The notes under the pieces: model-generated
Told to the model about the DNA's origin: nothing
Database searches by the model: none
What the model saw: only the letters and a program-made list of their open reading frames with translations
Shown here: one piece after another, positions 1 to 8,803 of the stretch
Numbering within the stretch: the first letter of the stretch is position 1
Layout: the number at the start of each line of letters is the position of its first letter
From: Candidatus Aenigmatarchaeota archaeon
GTDB lineage: Archaea > Aenigmatarchaeota > Aenigmatarchaeia > Aenigmatarchaeales > Aenigmatarchaeaceae
NCBI GenBank assembly: GCA_043814985.1
Contig: JBDRJK010000019.1
Span: 88,926-152,925, forward strand
Direction: 5' to 3'
DNA length: 64,000 bases
Made by a program: the position numbers and the translations under genes

Positions 1-142
1 GTTTTTTTCAGATATGGAAAATCCAGAATTTAAATTAAGGTCTTAAAACACTTTCAACGAGCATTCTCAAGACTTTTTAAAGCTTTCATTAGTTTATAAG
101 ATTCCGTATAATTTTATAAATGAGTTTTTCTCTATTCTTAAT

Positions 143-1174
143 ATGCTTCCTACGGTGAGTTTGATTGTTCCAGCGAGGAACGAGGAGAAGGTTATAGGCA
201 AATGCGTAAGAAGTTTGTTAAATTTGGACTATCCCAGAGACAAGCTAGAGTTAATAGTTGCAATAGACGGCTCCAAGGACAGAACCTTAGAGATATGCAA
301 GAGCTTTGGTAGGAGAGTGAGGGTCATAAAATCCTGTCCAAAGACATGCAAGGGAGACGCCTTGAACAATGTGATACCCAAGGCAAAAGGCGAGATAATA
401 GGTATCTATGATGCTGACTGTATTGTTGATAAAAACTGCCTGAAACATGCTGTCAAGCACTTTTCTGATAAAAAAATAGCAGGAGTTTGCGGCAATCTCA
501 AGTCCCACAACAAGGAGCAGGGCATGATTGCAAGGTCACTGGCCCTAGAAACCAGCTTCATATCTTTCATAGAGTACTTCCTTAACAGTCTCGGAGCCAA
601 CACACATTTCTTTGGAAAGAACATGTTCATAAGAAAGAATGTTTTGATGGATGTGGGCTGTTTTGACACTGAGACTTTTGTGGAAGACGTGGAGATGTCA
701 ATAAAGCTGAAAAAATACGGTTACAAGACGGTTTTCGAGCCCAATGCAATTGCATGGAACGAGGAGCCGCCTTCCTTCAGAGCATTCTTCAAGCAGCGTA
801 TAAGATGGGCCAGAGGAGCTGCAAAGCTGCTTAAGTACAAAAGAAGGCATGGAAAGGAATTCTTGTCAGATGCAATGCACGGCATATACTTCTACGTTCC
901 ACCTTTCGGTCTTATAACAGCAACTGTCCTTGCAATTGTTATGCAGTTCGGCTTGCCCTTTTTCTTGATACTTCCCTTTATTGTCCTTTTTATGTTCAAC
1001 ATGGTTCTGCTGGTTTATTCGAGGATAAAGTTCAAGGAGCCTATGGGAGATTTGCTTTATCTGCCGGTGTGGTTTGTTTTGAGCAATGTTCACTTGGTCT
1101 TGTTGCTCAAAGGCCTTCTAGATGAGAAAATGGAAAAGAGTGTTTCTTGGAATTCTGTCAGGGCATTTTCTTAA
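143..1174 (+). CDS. Glycosyltransferase family 2 (cellulose synthase-like) with C-terminal TM helices
   Basis: VPARNEE, DGSKD, YDAD (DxD), ED and QRIRW motifs; hydrophobic C-terminus. Confidence 0.9.
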   Translation: MLPTVSLIVPARNEEKVIGKCVRSLLNLDYPRDKLELIVAIDGSKDRTLEICKSFGRRVRVIKSCPKTCKGDALNNVIPKAKGEIIGIYDADCIVDKNCLKHAVKHFSDKKIAGVCGNLKSHNKEQGMIARSLALETSFISFIEYFLNSLGANTHFFGKNMFIRKNVLMDVGCFDTETFVEDVEMSIKLKKYGYKTVFEPNAIAWNEEPPSFRAFFKQRIRWARGAAKLLKYKRRHGKEFLSDAMHGIYFYVPPFGLITATVLAIVMQFGLPFFLILPFIVLFMFNMVLLVYSRIKFKEPMGDLLYLPVWFVLSNVHLVLLLKGLLDEKMEKSVSWNSVRAFS

Positions 1175-1216
1175 ATGTAAATATATAAAAACACTTGCAT
1201 ATTATTCTCTTAAACA

Positions 1217-1325
1217 GGGGTCATAGTCCAACCAGGCCAAGACGGCTGGCTCCAGTCATGGAGCTTTGATTCCGAAGATGAAAGGAAGAAACCAGCTGAT
1301 GGGGGTTCAAATCCCTCTGACCCCA
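1217..1325 (+). tRNA. tRNA-Trp(CCA) with a 35-nt intron at 37/38 (intron ~1256-1290)
   Basis: Acceptor GGGGTCA/TGACCCC+A; anticodon stem GCTGG/CCAGC; CT-CCA-G then intron; T-arm GGGGG-TTCAAAT-CCCTC. Confidence 0.9.
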
Positions 1326-1340
1326 CTTCATTGTGATTGT

Positions 1341-1739
1341 ATGGATTGTGTCTTTTGCAAGATTGTGAAGGGGGAGATACCCTGCCACAGGGTTTATGAG
1401 GACGATGAGTTCTTTGCATTTTTTGATATAAATCCTCTGAACCCAGGACATACTCTCCTTATTCCCAAGAAGCATGTCCAGTGGGTTAATGATTATGAGC
1501 CATTTTGCAGTTACTGGCAAACAGCAAGGAAAGTAGCTAATGTGATACAGAAGGTTCTTGACCCTTTGGTTGTCTCCTATGTTGTATATGGTTTGGGTGT
1601 TCCCCACGCGCACATACATCTGATACCAAAGTTCGAGAACGACGAGCATCCATTGGGACCCAACCCTGAGAAGGTGCAGAAGATACCAGAAGAGGAAATG
1701 AAAAAAATCGCTGAGAAAATAAGAAAGTCTTTTAAATAA
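1341..1739 (+). CDS. HIT family hydrolase (start moved to ATG 1341, downstream of tRNA-Trp)
   Basis: MDCVFCKIVKGEIP N-terminus, GHTLLIPKKH, HAHIH triad. Confidence 0.9.
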   Translation: MDCVFCKIVKGEIPCHRVYEDDEFFAFFDINPLNPGHTLLIPKKHVQWVNDYEPFCSYWQTARKVANVIQKVLDPLVVSYVVYGLGVPHAHIHLIPKFENDEHPLGPNPEKVQKIPEEEMKKIAEKIRKSFK

Positions 1740-1762
1740 TTACAATTAAAATCTATTCTAGA

Positions 1763-1834
1763 GCGCCGATAGTCTAATGGTTAGGACTTCAGCCTTCCAA
1801 GCTGATAATCCGGGTTCGAATCCCGGTCGGCGCA
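1763..1834 (+). tRNA. tRNA-Gly(TCC)
   Basis: Acceptor GCGCCGA/TCGGCGC+A; anticodon arm TCAGC-CTTCCAA-GCTGA; T-arm CCGGG-TTCGAAT-CCCGG. Confidence 0.95.
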
Positions 1835-1850
1835 CATTTTTGTGATTAAC

Positions 1851-3269
1851 ATGAGGATAGTCTTATGCACACCACCATTCAGGACGACTGATTATTGCTG
1901 GCCACCTCTGGGTCTATTGTATATGGCTTCCTATCTCAAGACAAAAAGCAGCCATGTTGTGAAGGTCATTGACGCTTATTACAGCATGAATGAGAAGCAG
2001 TTTCTGGATCAAATGAAGAAGGAGAAGCCTGACGTGATAGGCTTCAGCTGTACAACTTACACATTCTTGAAATCAATGGAACTGCTTAAGAAAATAAAAA
2101 ATGCCCTTCCCAACACCACAATTGTTCTGGGCGGCATCCATGCGACATTCTTTGCTGACAAGATATTGAAGAACTACAAGTTCATAGACTTTGTGGTCAG
2201 AGGAGAAGGTGAGATTGCCTTTACGGAACTGGTCAATAATCTGGGGAACAGGAAGAAACTGATAAATATCAATGGACTGGCCCTTCGCGATAAAGGCAAG
2301 ATAATAAGCAACGAGCCAAGCTTTATCTCTGATTTGGACTCCTTACCTTTGCCAGACAGAAGGCTTTTGGGGAACAATGACTATTCACAGTACTGGTTTG
2401 GTCTGAAGCTTAACTTTGGAAAGTTCACCACGCTCCTGACATCAAGGGGGTGTCCGCACAATTGCAATTTCTGCTGTTGTTCCGCCCTGTTCAAGAGAAG
2501 ATGGAGAACAAAGTCTGTAAAAAACATCCTTGATGAGTTGGAGGAGATGTACTTGCAGGGTTACGGGACCTGCATTATTGTTGATGACAACTTTACCTTG
2601 AATCCCAAAAGAGTTGTTCAGATATGTAGGGGCATAAGAAAGAGAAAAATAAAGATGAATTTCCATTGCGAGGGAAGGGTCGACAGGACAGACCCCAAAA
2701 TATTGAAGGAAATGAGAAAGGCAGGCTTTTCAACCATATACTTTGGGATGGAAAGCGGGGTCCAGAAGGCTCTTGATTATTACAAGAAGGGGATTAAGGT
2801 TGAGCAAATCAAGAATGCTGTCAGGAATGTTAAAAAGGCTAGGATGAATGCTATAGGATCCTTCATAATAGGTTCCCCGGTAGAGACCAAGGAGGATGTA
2901 ATGAAGACACTTGAATTCGCTTCTGGGTTGAAAATAGGTCTTCAGATAAACATACTAGAGCTTGTTCCAGGATCAGAGATATGGATGGATAATATTAAGA
3001 AGATGGGAAAGGACGACTGGAAGAAGGCGCATTTCATAACAGAATTCTATGACAACTTCACAAGAAAGGAGATGCTTTATTTTAGGGACTTGGGCTATAA
3101 GATGCTGTCTGAAAAGTGGATGAAAGTAAGTTCTGTGAAGGAACTGCCCAGCCTGTTGACAAGCTATAACGTAAAGGTTATAGTATCAAACATTTCCAAA
3201 GACCCATACTTATTCGTAAAACAGTTGAGCAAAATTCACAAAAAGGGTCTGTACCCTTTCAAGGTATGA
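1851..3269 (+). CDS. B12-binding radical SAM protein (class B methyltransferase-like)
   Basis: PPLGLLY and GGIHAT cobalamin-binding domain; SRGCPHNCNFC (CxxxCxxC); DDNF; GMESG. Confidence 0.88.
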   Translation: MRIVLCTPPFRTTDYCWPPLGLLYMASYLKTKSSHVVKVIDAYYSMNEKQFLDQMKKEKPDVIGFSCTTYTFLKSMELLKKIKNALPNTTIVLGGIHATFFADKILKNYKFIDFVVRGEGEIAFTELVNNLGNRKKLININGLALRDKGKIISNEPSFISDLDSLPLPDRRLLGNNDYSQYWFGLKLNFGKFTTLLTSRGCPHNCNFCCCSALFKRRWRTKSVKNILDELEEMYLQGYGTCIIVDDNFTLNPKRVVQICRGIRKRKIKMNFHCEGRVDRTDPKILKEMRKAGFSTIYFGMESGVQKALDYYKKGIKVEQIKNAVRNVKKARMNAIGSFIIGSPVETKEDVMKTLEFASGLKIGLQINILELVPGSEIWMDNIKKMGKDDWKKAHFITEFYDNFTRKEMLYFRDLGYKMLSEKWMKVSSVKELPSLLTSYNVKVIVSNISKDPYLFVKQLSKIHKKGLYPFKV

Positions 3270-3817
3270 GTATGGATAAAACACAAAATGAAATAATCAA
3301 GACTGCTGCAGAAATTATTAGGAAAGGTCAAATAGTCGTGTATCCGACAGACACTGTCTATGGTATTGGTGGTGATGCTACTTCTGAGGAGGTTGTTAGG
3401 AAAGTATACGAAATAAAGAGGAGACCTATGAATATGCCGATTTCAGTTCTTGTTTCAGACTTTGAAATGCTTGAGAAATATGCTGAAATAAACGAAGAGC
3501 AAATGGCTATCTTAAAGAAATTTTTACCAGGACCCTTCACCTTCATTCTAAAGCCAAAAATAAGGCTTTTTGTTTCTCGGGGTACAGTTGGGTTCAGAAT
3601 ACCAAATCACTGGTGCACCCTGATAGTTAAGGAATTTGGAAAGCCAATAACAACCACATCAGCCAACATACACCAACAGACTACTCCTGATAACATAGAA
3701 AAAATAAGAGATAATTTTAAGGAATCTGTTTCTCTATACATAGATGAAGGAACTCTAGAAGGAAAGCCTTCAAAGGTTGTAGACTTGATAGATAGATTAA
3801 AAGTGATTAGAGAATGA
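3266..3817 (+). CDS. sua5: Threonylcarbamoyl-AMP synthase (single YrdC/TsaC domain)
   Basis: YPTDTVYGIG, KRR, PGPFT and TTTSAN motifs. Confidence 0.9.
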   Translation: MSMDKTQNEIIKTAAEIIRKGQIVVYPTDTVYGIGGDATSEEVVRKVYEIKRRPMNMPISVLVSDFEMLEKYAEINEEQMAILKKFLPGPFTFILKPKIRLFVSRGTVGFRIPNHWCTLIVKEFGKPITTTSANIHQQTTPDNIEKIRDNFKESVSLYIDEGTLEGKPSKVVDLIDRLKVIRE

Positions 3818-3975
3818 AATACAAAAGGTTCAAACAATTCAAGGACCAGAGAAGGAAGATAGCAGAAGAGAGGATAGAAATACTTGAAGGCATGGTAAAG
3901 AAGAAGCCTGAGTTCGAAAAGAGGTATAAAGAACTAATAAAAAGGATAGCTAAGAAATATAGATTAAACATTTAA
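3814..3975 (+). CDS. rnp4: Truncated RNase P protein Rpp21-like (53 aa, helical N-terminal part only)
   Basis: Manual translation MKYKRFKQFKDQRRKIAEERIEILEGMVKKKPEFEKRYKELIKRIAKKYRLNI; IAxERIxxL...KRYxEL motif; ATGA overlap with sua5; sits in the usual rpp21 position upstream of rps19e. Confidence 0.7.
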   Translation: MKYKRFKQFKDQRRKIAEERIEILEGMVKKKPEFEKRYKELIKRIAKKYRLNI

Positions 3976-3999
3976 ATATTAAAGACGTAAAGTGAGTTT

Positions 4000-4404
4000 A
4001 TGAAACAAGTGCCACCACAGAAGATTGTAGAGAGAGTTTCAGAGAGACTGAAGAAGGACGAGAACATCAAGCCTCCACAGTGGTCTAAGTTCGTGAAGAC
4101 AGGTATGTCAAGCGAAAGGCCCCCTATAAAAGAGGACTGGTGGTTTTCCAGGTCCGCAGCCATTCTGAGAAGGATTTATGTTCATGGGCCTGTTGGCACG
4201 CAGAGACTTAGGACGTCTTTGGGAGGCAGGAGAAGAAGAGGACACAAGCCTGCTCACCGTGCCAGTGCTGGAGGAAAGATAATAAGGACAATTCTTCAGC
4301 AGTTGGAAAAGGCTGGTTATGTTAAAATAGTTGAGAATCCAAAAAAGGGAAGAGTAATAACGCCCAAGGGCCAGAAACTTTTGGAAAAGGCTGCAGGTGG
4401 ATAA
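4000..4404 (+). CDS. rps19e: 30S ribosomal protein S19e
   Basis: PPQWSKFVKTG..ERPP..DWW..RSAAILRRIY, GKIIRTILQQLE. Confidence 0.95.
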   Translation: MKQVPPQKIVERVSERLKKDENIKPPQWSKFVKTGMSSERPPIKEDWWFSRSAAILRRIYVHGPVGTQRLRTSLGGRRRRGHKPAHRASAGGKIIRTILQQLEKAGYVKIVENPKKGRVITPKGQKLLEKAAGG

Positions 4405-4660
4405 GATGAAGAGCGATGATGTCAAGCAGTTCGAGGATTTGAAGAACCAGACTCTCAGGAAGGTCCTGTCCAAAAACGCCCTTGAAAGGCTTGGTAGAGT
4501 TAAGCTGGCAAACCCTGTGCTTGCGACCCAGTTGGAGATGTACTTGCTTCAGGCTTTCCAGACTGGCCAGTTGAAGGGAAACGTTGATGATAAAAAGCTG
4601 AAACAGATTCTCAATATCCTAGTTCCAAAAAAGAGGAAGACGAGTATCAAGAGAAAGTGA
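4397..4660 (+). CDS. PDCD5-like DNA-binding protein
   Basis: LSKNALERLGRVKLANP..A.QLE, DDKKLKQIL; conserved position after rps19e. Confidence 0.85.
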   Translation: MDKMKSDDVKQFEDLKNQTLRKVLSKNALERLGRVKLANPVLATQLEMYLLQAFQTGQLKGNVDDKKLKQILNILVPKKRKTSIKRK

Positions 4661-4664
4661 TTAT

Positions 4665-4832
4665 ATGCCCAAGGCAAACCCATTAGCAAAAAAACTGAGA
4701 CTGATAGCCGCTGGCAAGAAGAAGCCAGCTCCTAGATGGGCTGATCTGAAAAAGCATGGGAAGAGAGCTAGGACCAGAAGAATTGCTGTTCATGTTACAA
4801 AGCACTGGAGAAGAGGAAGACTAAAGAAATAA
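4665..4832 (+). CDS. rpl39e: 50S ribosomal protein L39e (55 aa, not in ORF track)
   Basis: Manual translation MPKANPLAKKLRLIAAGKKKPAPRWADLKK...HWRRGRLKK; synteny. Confidence 0.85.
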   Translation: MPKANPLAKKLRLIAAGKKKPAPRWADLKKHGKRARTRRIAVHVTKHWRRGRLKK

Positions 4833-4843
4833 TACTCTGACTA

Positions 4844-5548
4844 TTATTTTATATTCATTCCAAGCAATTTTAAAACATTTCTTACAAGAGGATGATTCAT
4901 TATCCTGTCCAGACCATCCAGTTTTTCTATTGTGGCCAATATACCCAGAGTGTAGAGACCGTATAACAGTGGTATGAGAAGGGAAAACCCATTGGGATAA
5001 CCGTAGCTACCGCTTCCAATAACTGTTATTTCAACTATAATATCAACAACAGCGATAACCATGGCCAATATCAGGGCACTCTCCCTGTTTTTCTTTGGAA
5101 TGTTCGCTATGCCCCACAAGCCTACCACTATTGCCAGTGGCATCATGTCAGGTAGTGGCTCCAGATAGAGGTCCCTGATATAAAGTACGAGCGCAGAGAA
5201 AATCAGAGCATAGAAAATGGCGTTTGCCCCTATTAGGAATTTTACTTTTTTAAAATTCAGGAATAAGAACCTGACAATGACTCCAAGTGAGAAAAATAAA
5301 AACACCAACTCTACGGGTACCAGCCCAAAGACAAAGAAGAGGGATTCATTGTATGTCCAGTGTCCGTTCAGCGTGCCAAAGTATTCAAAAATGAAATCTG
5401 CAAGTGCTACAATAAGGCCTATTCTCCAGTACTTTTCAATTTCCTTTAATTCCTTCCTCTTGAGAATTATAATCAGCACCGAGAGTGCTGTTGCGAAAAG
5501 CGATAGTAATGTCAAGTAGCCTAGCATGGTCGATACCTTATTACTCAA
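4844..5548 (-). CDS. Hypothetical multi-pass membrane protein with two internal repeats
   Basis: About 7 hydrophobic segments; repeated D.I.E...G.W/Y.Y motif. Confidence 0.65.
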   Translation of the reverse strand: MSNKVSTMLGYLTLLSLFATALSVLIIILKRKELKEIEKYWRIGLIVALADFIFEYFGTLNGHWTYNESLFFVFGLVPVELVFLFFSLGVIVRFLFLNFKKVKFLIGANAIFYALIFSALVLYIRDLYLEPLPDMMPLAIVVGLWGIANIPKKNRESALILAMVIAVVDIIVEITVIGSGSYGYPNGFSLLIPLLYGLYTLGILATIEKLDGLDRIMNHPLVRNVLKLLGMNIK

Positions 5549-5582
5549 TGATGTTTTTTCTACCTCAAATATCTTTCACTCT

Positions 5583-6428
5583 CTATGTTAATAGTTTCAA
5601 TTCTTCCATTCTCTTCTTAGCATCTATCGAGCTTCTGAAAAGGTGCCAAAATATCTTTTGCAACCATTCAACCCATTGCTCATCATAAATATAGTAAAGA
5701 ATGTACATCTTTTCTTTCATCTCGTCCTTTGAGTAGTCCTTGGGATCCAATGATTCCCTTAGGATAGCTACCTTGTTGTCTATTATGTTGCCTCTTATGG
5801 GATGGAAGCAGTGTCTTACCTCAACAACATCTCTTCCTGTCTTCTGGTTTATTGAGAGAACATTCTGTATATTGTCTATGCCTGCCAATTCCACCCTGTT
5901 CAAGAACTTCAGTGAAATTTTATCTTTGCCCATAACCTCCAAAACATTAAAGATTCTCTTCTTTTGGTCTGTTAGGTTGACAAATGATAGATTCCCTGAT
6001 AAAAATAATATTTGCTTCTCTGCTTGCCTGAGCTCGTTCACAAATTCTTTGAAATGCGAGGATGAACTATATTCTTTTTTATTGATCATCTTCATTTCTT
6101 TCTTGTCATTGTCAATGAACTGGAATATTTCTGAAGGGCTGAAGTCTTTGTGGTACCTGCCAAAAATTATTTGTTTGAAAAGTCTTTCTTGAATATTAGA
6201 TGCATGGAATTTCTCCATATTATTCCAGAAAACAACCTTTAGCGAGCCTCTGGTACCTCCCCTGAAGACCCTTGAGGAGATGGTTCCCTGTTCCTTTTCT
6301 ATTTTTTCCACATAATTGTTGGCTGTTCTCCAGTTAATATTAATGTACTTCGCTATCTCATTGATGCTTCTAGGCTTCTGATAGACGAATTCATTGATTT
6401 TCTTTGTTATTTCCTTGGTTAGAACCAT
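5583..6428 (-). CDS. HTH transcriptional regulator with TrmB/PLD-like C-terminal domain
   Basis: KPRSINEIAKYININWRTA HTH; C-terminal IRGNIIDNK..WVEWLQKIFWHLF; likely start MVLTK at 6428. Confidence 0.65.
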   Translation of the reverse strand: MVLTKEITKKINEFVYQKPRSINEIAKYININWRTANNYVEKIEKEQGTISSRVFRGGTRGSLKVVFWNNMEKFHASNIQERLFKQIIFGRYHKDFSPSEIFQFIDNDKKEMKMINKKEYSSSSHFKEFVNELRQAEKQILFLSGNLSFVNLTDQKKRIFNVLEVMGKDKISLKFLNRVELAGIDNIQNVLSINQKTGRDVVEVRHCFHPIRGNIIDNKVAILRESLDPKDYSKDEMKEKMYILYYIYDEQWVEWLQKIFWHLFRSSIDAKKRMEELKLLT

Positions 6429-6462
6429 GCTAATAATATACAACTATGTGTATAAAAAAGTG

Positions 6463-6477
6463 TATGTAATATACATA
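6463..6477. promoter_or_regulatory. Candidate operator: inverted repeat TATGTA-ATA-TACATA, flanked by direct repeats TACAACTAT (6439, 6483)
   Basis: Read directly in the divergent intergenic region upstream of the HTH regulator. Confidence 0.3.
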
Positions 6478-6502
6478 TTTTGTACAACTATAAACTAATT
6501 AT

Positions 6503-6802
6503 ATGAAAAGAAATGTGAATTGGAAAAAATTCAAGAAACTGCTTGATAAGAATGAAGCAGGGTATGGTGCCATCAAGTATAGAGAAACCGTTGATAAACT
6601 ACTCGAGGACGAAATATTCAGCTTTAAGCCAGAAGGCAATTACCAGATAGTGGGGTGTAACGTGGTTCTTAATCCCCACTCACATATATTGACTCTCTAT
6701 TTCACAAGAAAGTCTGACGCTGTCAAATATGCAAATAAAAATTATGGCAATGCTTTATACGAGGTAATGGTTGACAAGATAGAAACTCTTGTTCGGAGTT
6801 GA
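6503..6802 (+). CDS. Hypothetical protein
   Basis: 99-aa ORF with ATG after an AT-rich promoter-like region. Confidence 0.55.
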   Translation: MKRNVNWKKFKKLLDKNEAGYGAIKYRETVDKLLEDEIFSFKPEGNYQIVGCNVVLNPHSHILTLYFTRKSDAVKYANKNYGNALYEVMVDKIETLVRS

Positions 6803-7217
6803 TTAAATGTCTATGCATCCTGATATAATTAAACTGACACATGAATTGTTTCCTGTAATAGCTGAATTTATAATCCAAAAAGAAAAGGAAAAGGAAAGGA
6901 AGGGGTTTCAGAGCCGCAAATACATCAATACTTTCATAAGTTGAGCCAGGAGGGAGGTGTAGATGGTTTGACATTCAGATATGAGACATTGGAAAGGCCA
7001 TGGAGTACACAATTAGAACAAGTCATAACAAACAATACTAGAAGTGGACGAATCGAACAAATTGGGAACTCTTTAAACCTCACCGTATACGGCAGAAGTT
7101 TAATGGACAAAAAATAGAAATTTAGTCAAGTTCTTTAGACCAAATGGAAGAGCCCCTAGAAGAGATTCATTATCAGTAATATTAAACCTTTAAATATTTC
7201 TCCTTCATTTTATTGTT

Positions 7218-7691
7218 ATGGCTGAAGAGAAAATATTCACAATTCCCTTGAGAGATATATTTTCAAAGGAAAGAGTCAGAAGGGCTCAAAACGCATCTAG
7301 GCTAGTTAGGAAATTCTTGATCAAGCACATGAAGTCTGAGAACGTTAAAGTAGGGAACTCTATTAATGAGAACATTTGGAAAAGGGGAATGCAGAAGCCT
7401 CCAAGAAAGGTCAGGATTCATGCTGTCAAAGAGGAAGATATTGTTTATGCTGAATTATTGGGTGTCGAGATAAAGACACCTTCCAAAGAAGAGTTGAAGA
7501 AGAAGGACGAGAAGAAGAAGCAAAAGAAGGAAAAGATAAAGGAAGAGAGGAAGGAGAGGAAGAAGATGTCAATACAAGAGGAAATAGCCGAGGAAGTTAA
7601 AGGAAAGCCAAAGGAAATACCAGAAATCAAAGAAGAGGTTCCGAAAGAAGAACCAAAAAAGGAAGAACCTAAGAAAGAAGACAAGAAATAG
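7218..7691 (+). CDS. rpl31e: 50S ribosomal protein L31e with K/E-rich C-terminal extension
   Basis: FTIPLR..RRAQ.A..VRKFL.KHMK..INENIWKRG..KPPRKVRI. Confidence 0.93.
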   Translation: MAEEKIFTIPLRDIFSKERVRRAQNASRLVRKFLIKHMKSENVKVGNSINENIWKRGMQKPPRKVRIHAVKEEDIVYAELLGVEIKTPSKEELKKKDEKKKQKKEKIKEERKERKKMSIQEEIAEEVKGKPKEIPEIKEEVPKEEPKKEEPKKEDKK

Positions 7692-7721
7692 TTTAAATAC
7701 TTCTGTTTCTAATTTCAAGAC

Positions 7722-8390
7722 ATGCCTTTCAAATTTTCAAAGATAGAATTTAACGGGGACCCAAACATAGGTCTGTACGGCTTTGCCACGAATGATTATT
7801 GTGTTCTGGGAATCGATCCGCGGAAAAAAATTCTTGAGCAGATAAAGAAAACTTTAAAGGCTGACATCAAGGTATCAACAATAACCGGGACACAGCTAAT
7901 AGGTCTTTTTGCCTCGGGAAATTCTAACGGGATAGTCCTGACAAAGATAATTGAAAATTATGAATTGAACAAGCTGAAGAAGCTGTTTGGTATAAACTTG
8001 GAAGTCATAAAGCCAAGGGAAACCGCCTTAGGGAATCTTATACTTTGCAATGACAATGGTTGTATAATATCCAAGAGTCTTTTCAAATACAAGAAGGCCA
8101 TATCTGATGCTCTAGGATGCGAGGTTGTTGTTGGGAAGGTTGCGAATGTTGACATAGTCGGTTCAGTAGCAATCGCATCCAATGTAGGTTGTCTATGCCA
8201 CAGGGAGGCAACAAAGCAGGAAATGGAGAAGATTGAAAAACTCTTAAAGGTTAAAGTTGATGTAGGAACTGTGGGCTATGGCAGTCCTTTTATAAAATCA
8301 GGATTAATTGTTAATAGTAAGGGAGCCCTATATTCAGAAGGAACAACAGGAGCTGAATTAGGAAGGATATCAGAAGTATTTGGTGAGTGA
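7722..8390 (+). CDS. eif6: Translation initiation factor 6
   Basis: NIGLYGFATND, GNSNG, ALGNLILCNDNG, GTVGYGS, TTGAEL. Confidence 0.93.
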   Translation: MPFKFSKIEFNGDPNIGLYGFATNDYCVLGIDPRKKILEQIKKTLKADIKVSTITGTQLIGLFASGNSNGIVLTKIIENYELNKLKKLFGINLEVIKPRETALGNLILCNDNGCIISKSLFKYKKAISDALGCEVVVGKVANVDIVGSVAIASNVGCLCHREATKQEMEKIEKLLKVKVDVGTVGYGSPFIKSGLIVNSKGALYSEGTTGAELGRISEVFGE

Positions 8391-8391
8391 A

Positions 8392-8799
8392 ATGACAAAA
8401 AAGCAAGAAGATATACAGAAGAAGGCAGTGCAATTCCAGATTTTGGAATCTAATTTGAAAATGCTTCAGGAAAGAGCAGGGGAAATCAACCAGAGGTTGA
8501 ACGAATTCCTGCAGACCAAGTCAGCAATAGAGGAGCTGAAGACAACCAAGCCAGAAAAAGCCATGATACCCTTGGGAAGCGGGAACTTTATTTTCGGTAC
8601 TGTTGAAAACAGCGATGACATAATTGTCGGCGTTGGAAGCGGTATTGCAGTAAAGAAAAAGAGGGAAGAGGCCTTGAAAATTCTTGATGCCAAGATAACA
8701 GAATCGCAGAATGCAATGAACGATATCACAAAAAAATCCCAGGGTTTGATACAGAGCTTGGAAAGAATACAGCTTGAGATACAAGAGTTGCAGAGGTGA
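8392..8799 (+). CDS. pfdA: Prefoldin alpha subunit
   Basis: Coiled coil, IPLGSG..IIVGVGSG hairpins, coiled coil; lies between eif6 and ftsY. Confidence 0.9.
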   Translation: MTKKQEDIQKKAVQFQILESNLKMLQERAGEINQRLNEFLQTKSAIEELKTTKPEKAMIPLGSGNFIFGTVENSDDIIVGVGSGIAVKKKREEALKILDAKITESQNAMNDITKKSQGLIQSLERIQLEIQELQR

Positions 8800-8803
8800 T
8801 AGC

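Noticed and set aside
1266..1340. ORF-track N-terminal extension of the HIT protein
   Set aside because: Overlaps tRNA-Trp; the family N-terminus starts at ATG 1341
6803..7217. Possible ncRNA or small ORF (~6968-7117) in the long spacer
   Set aside because: No recognisable RNA fold or protein motif; the ATG after the SD-like site is followed at once by a stop
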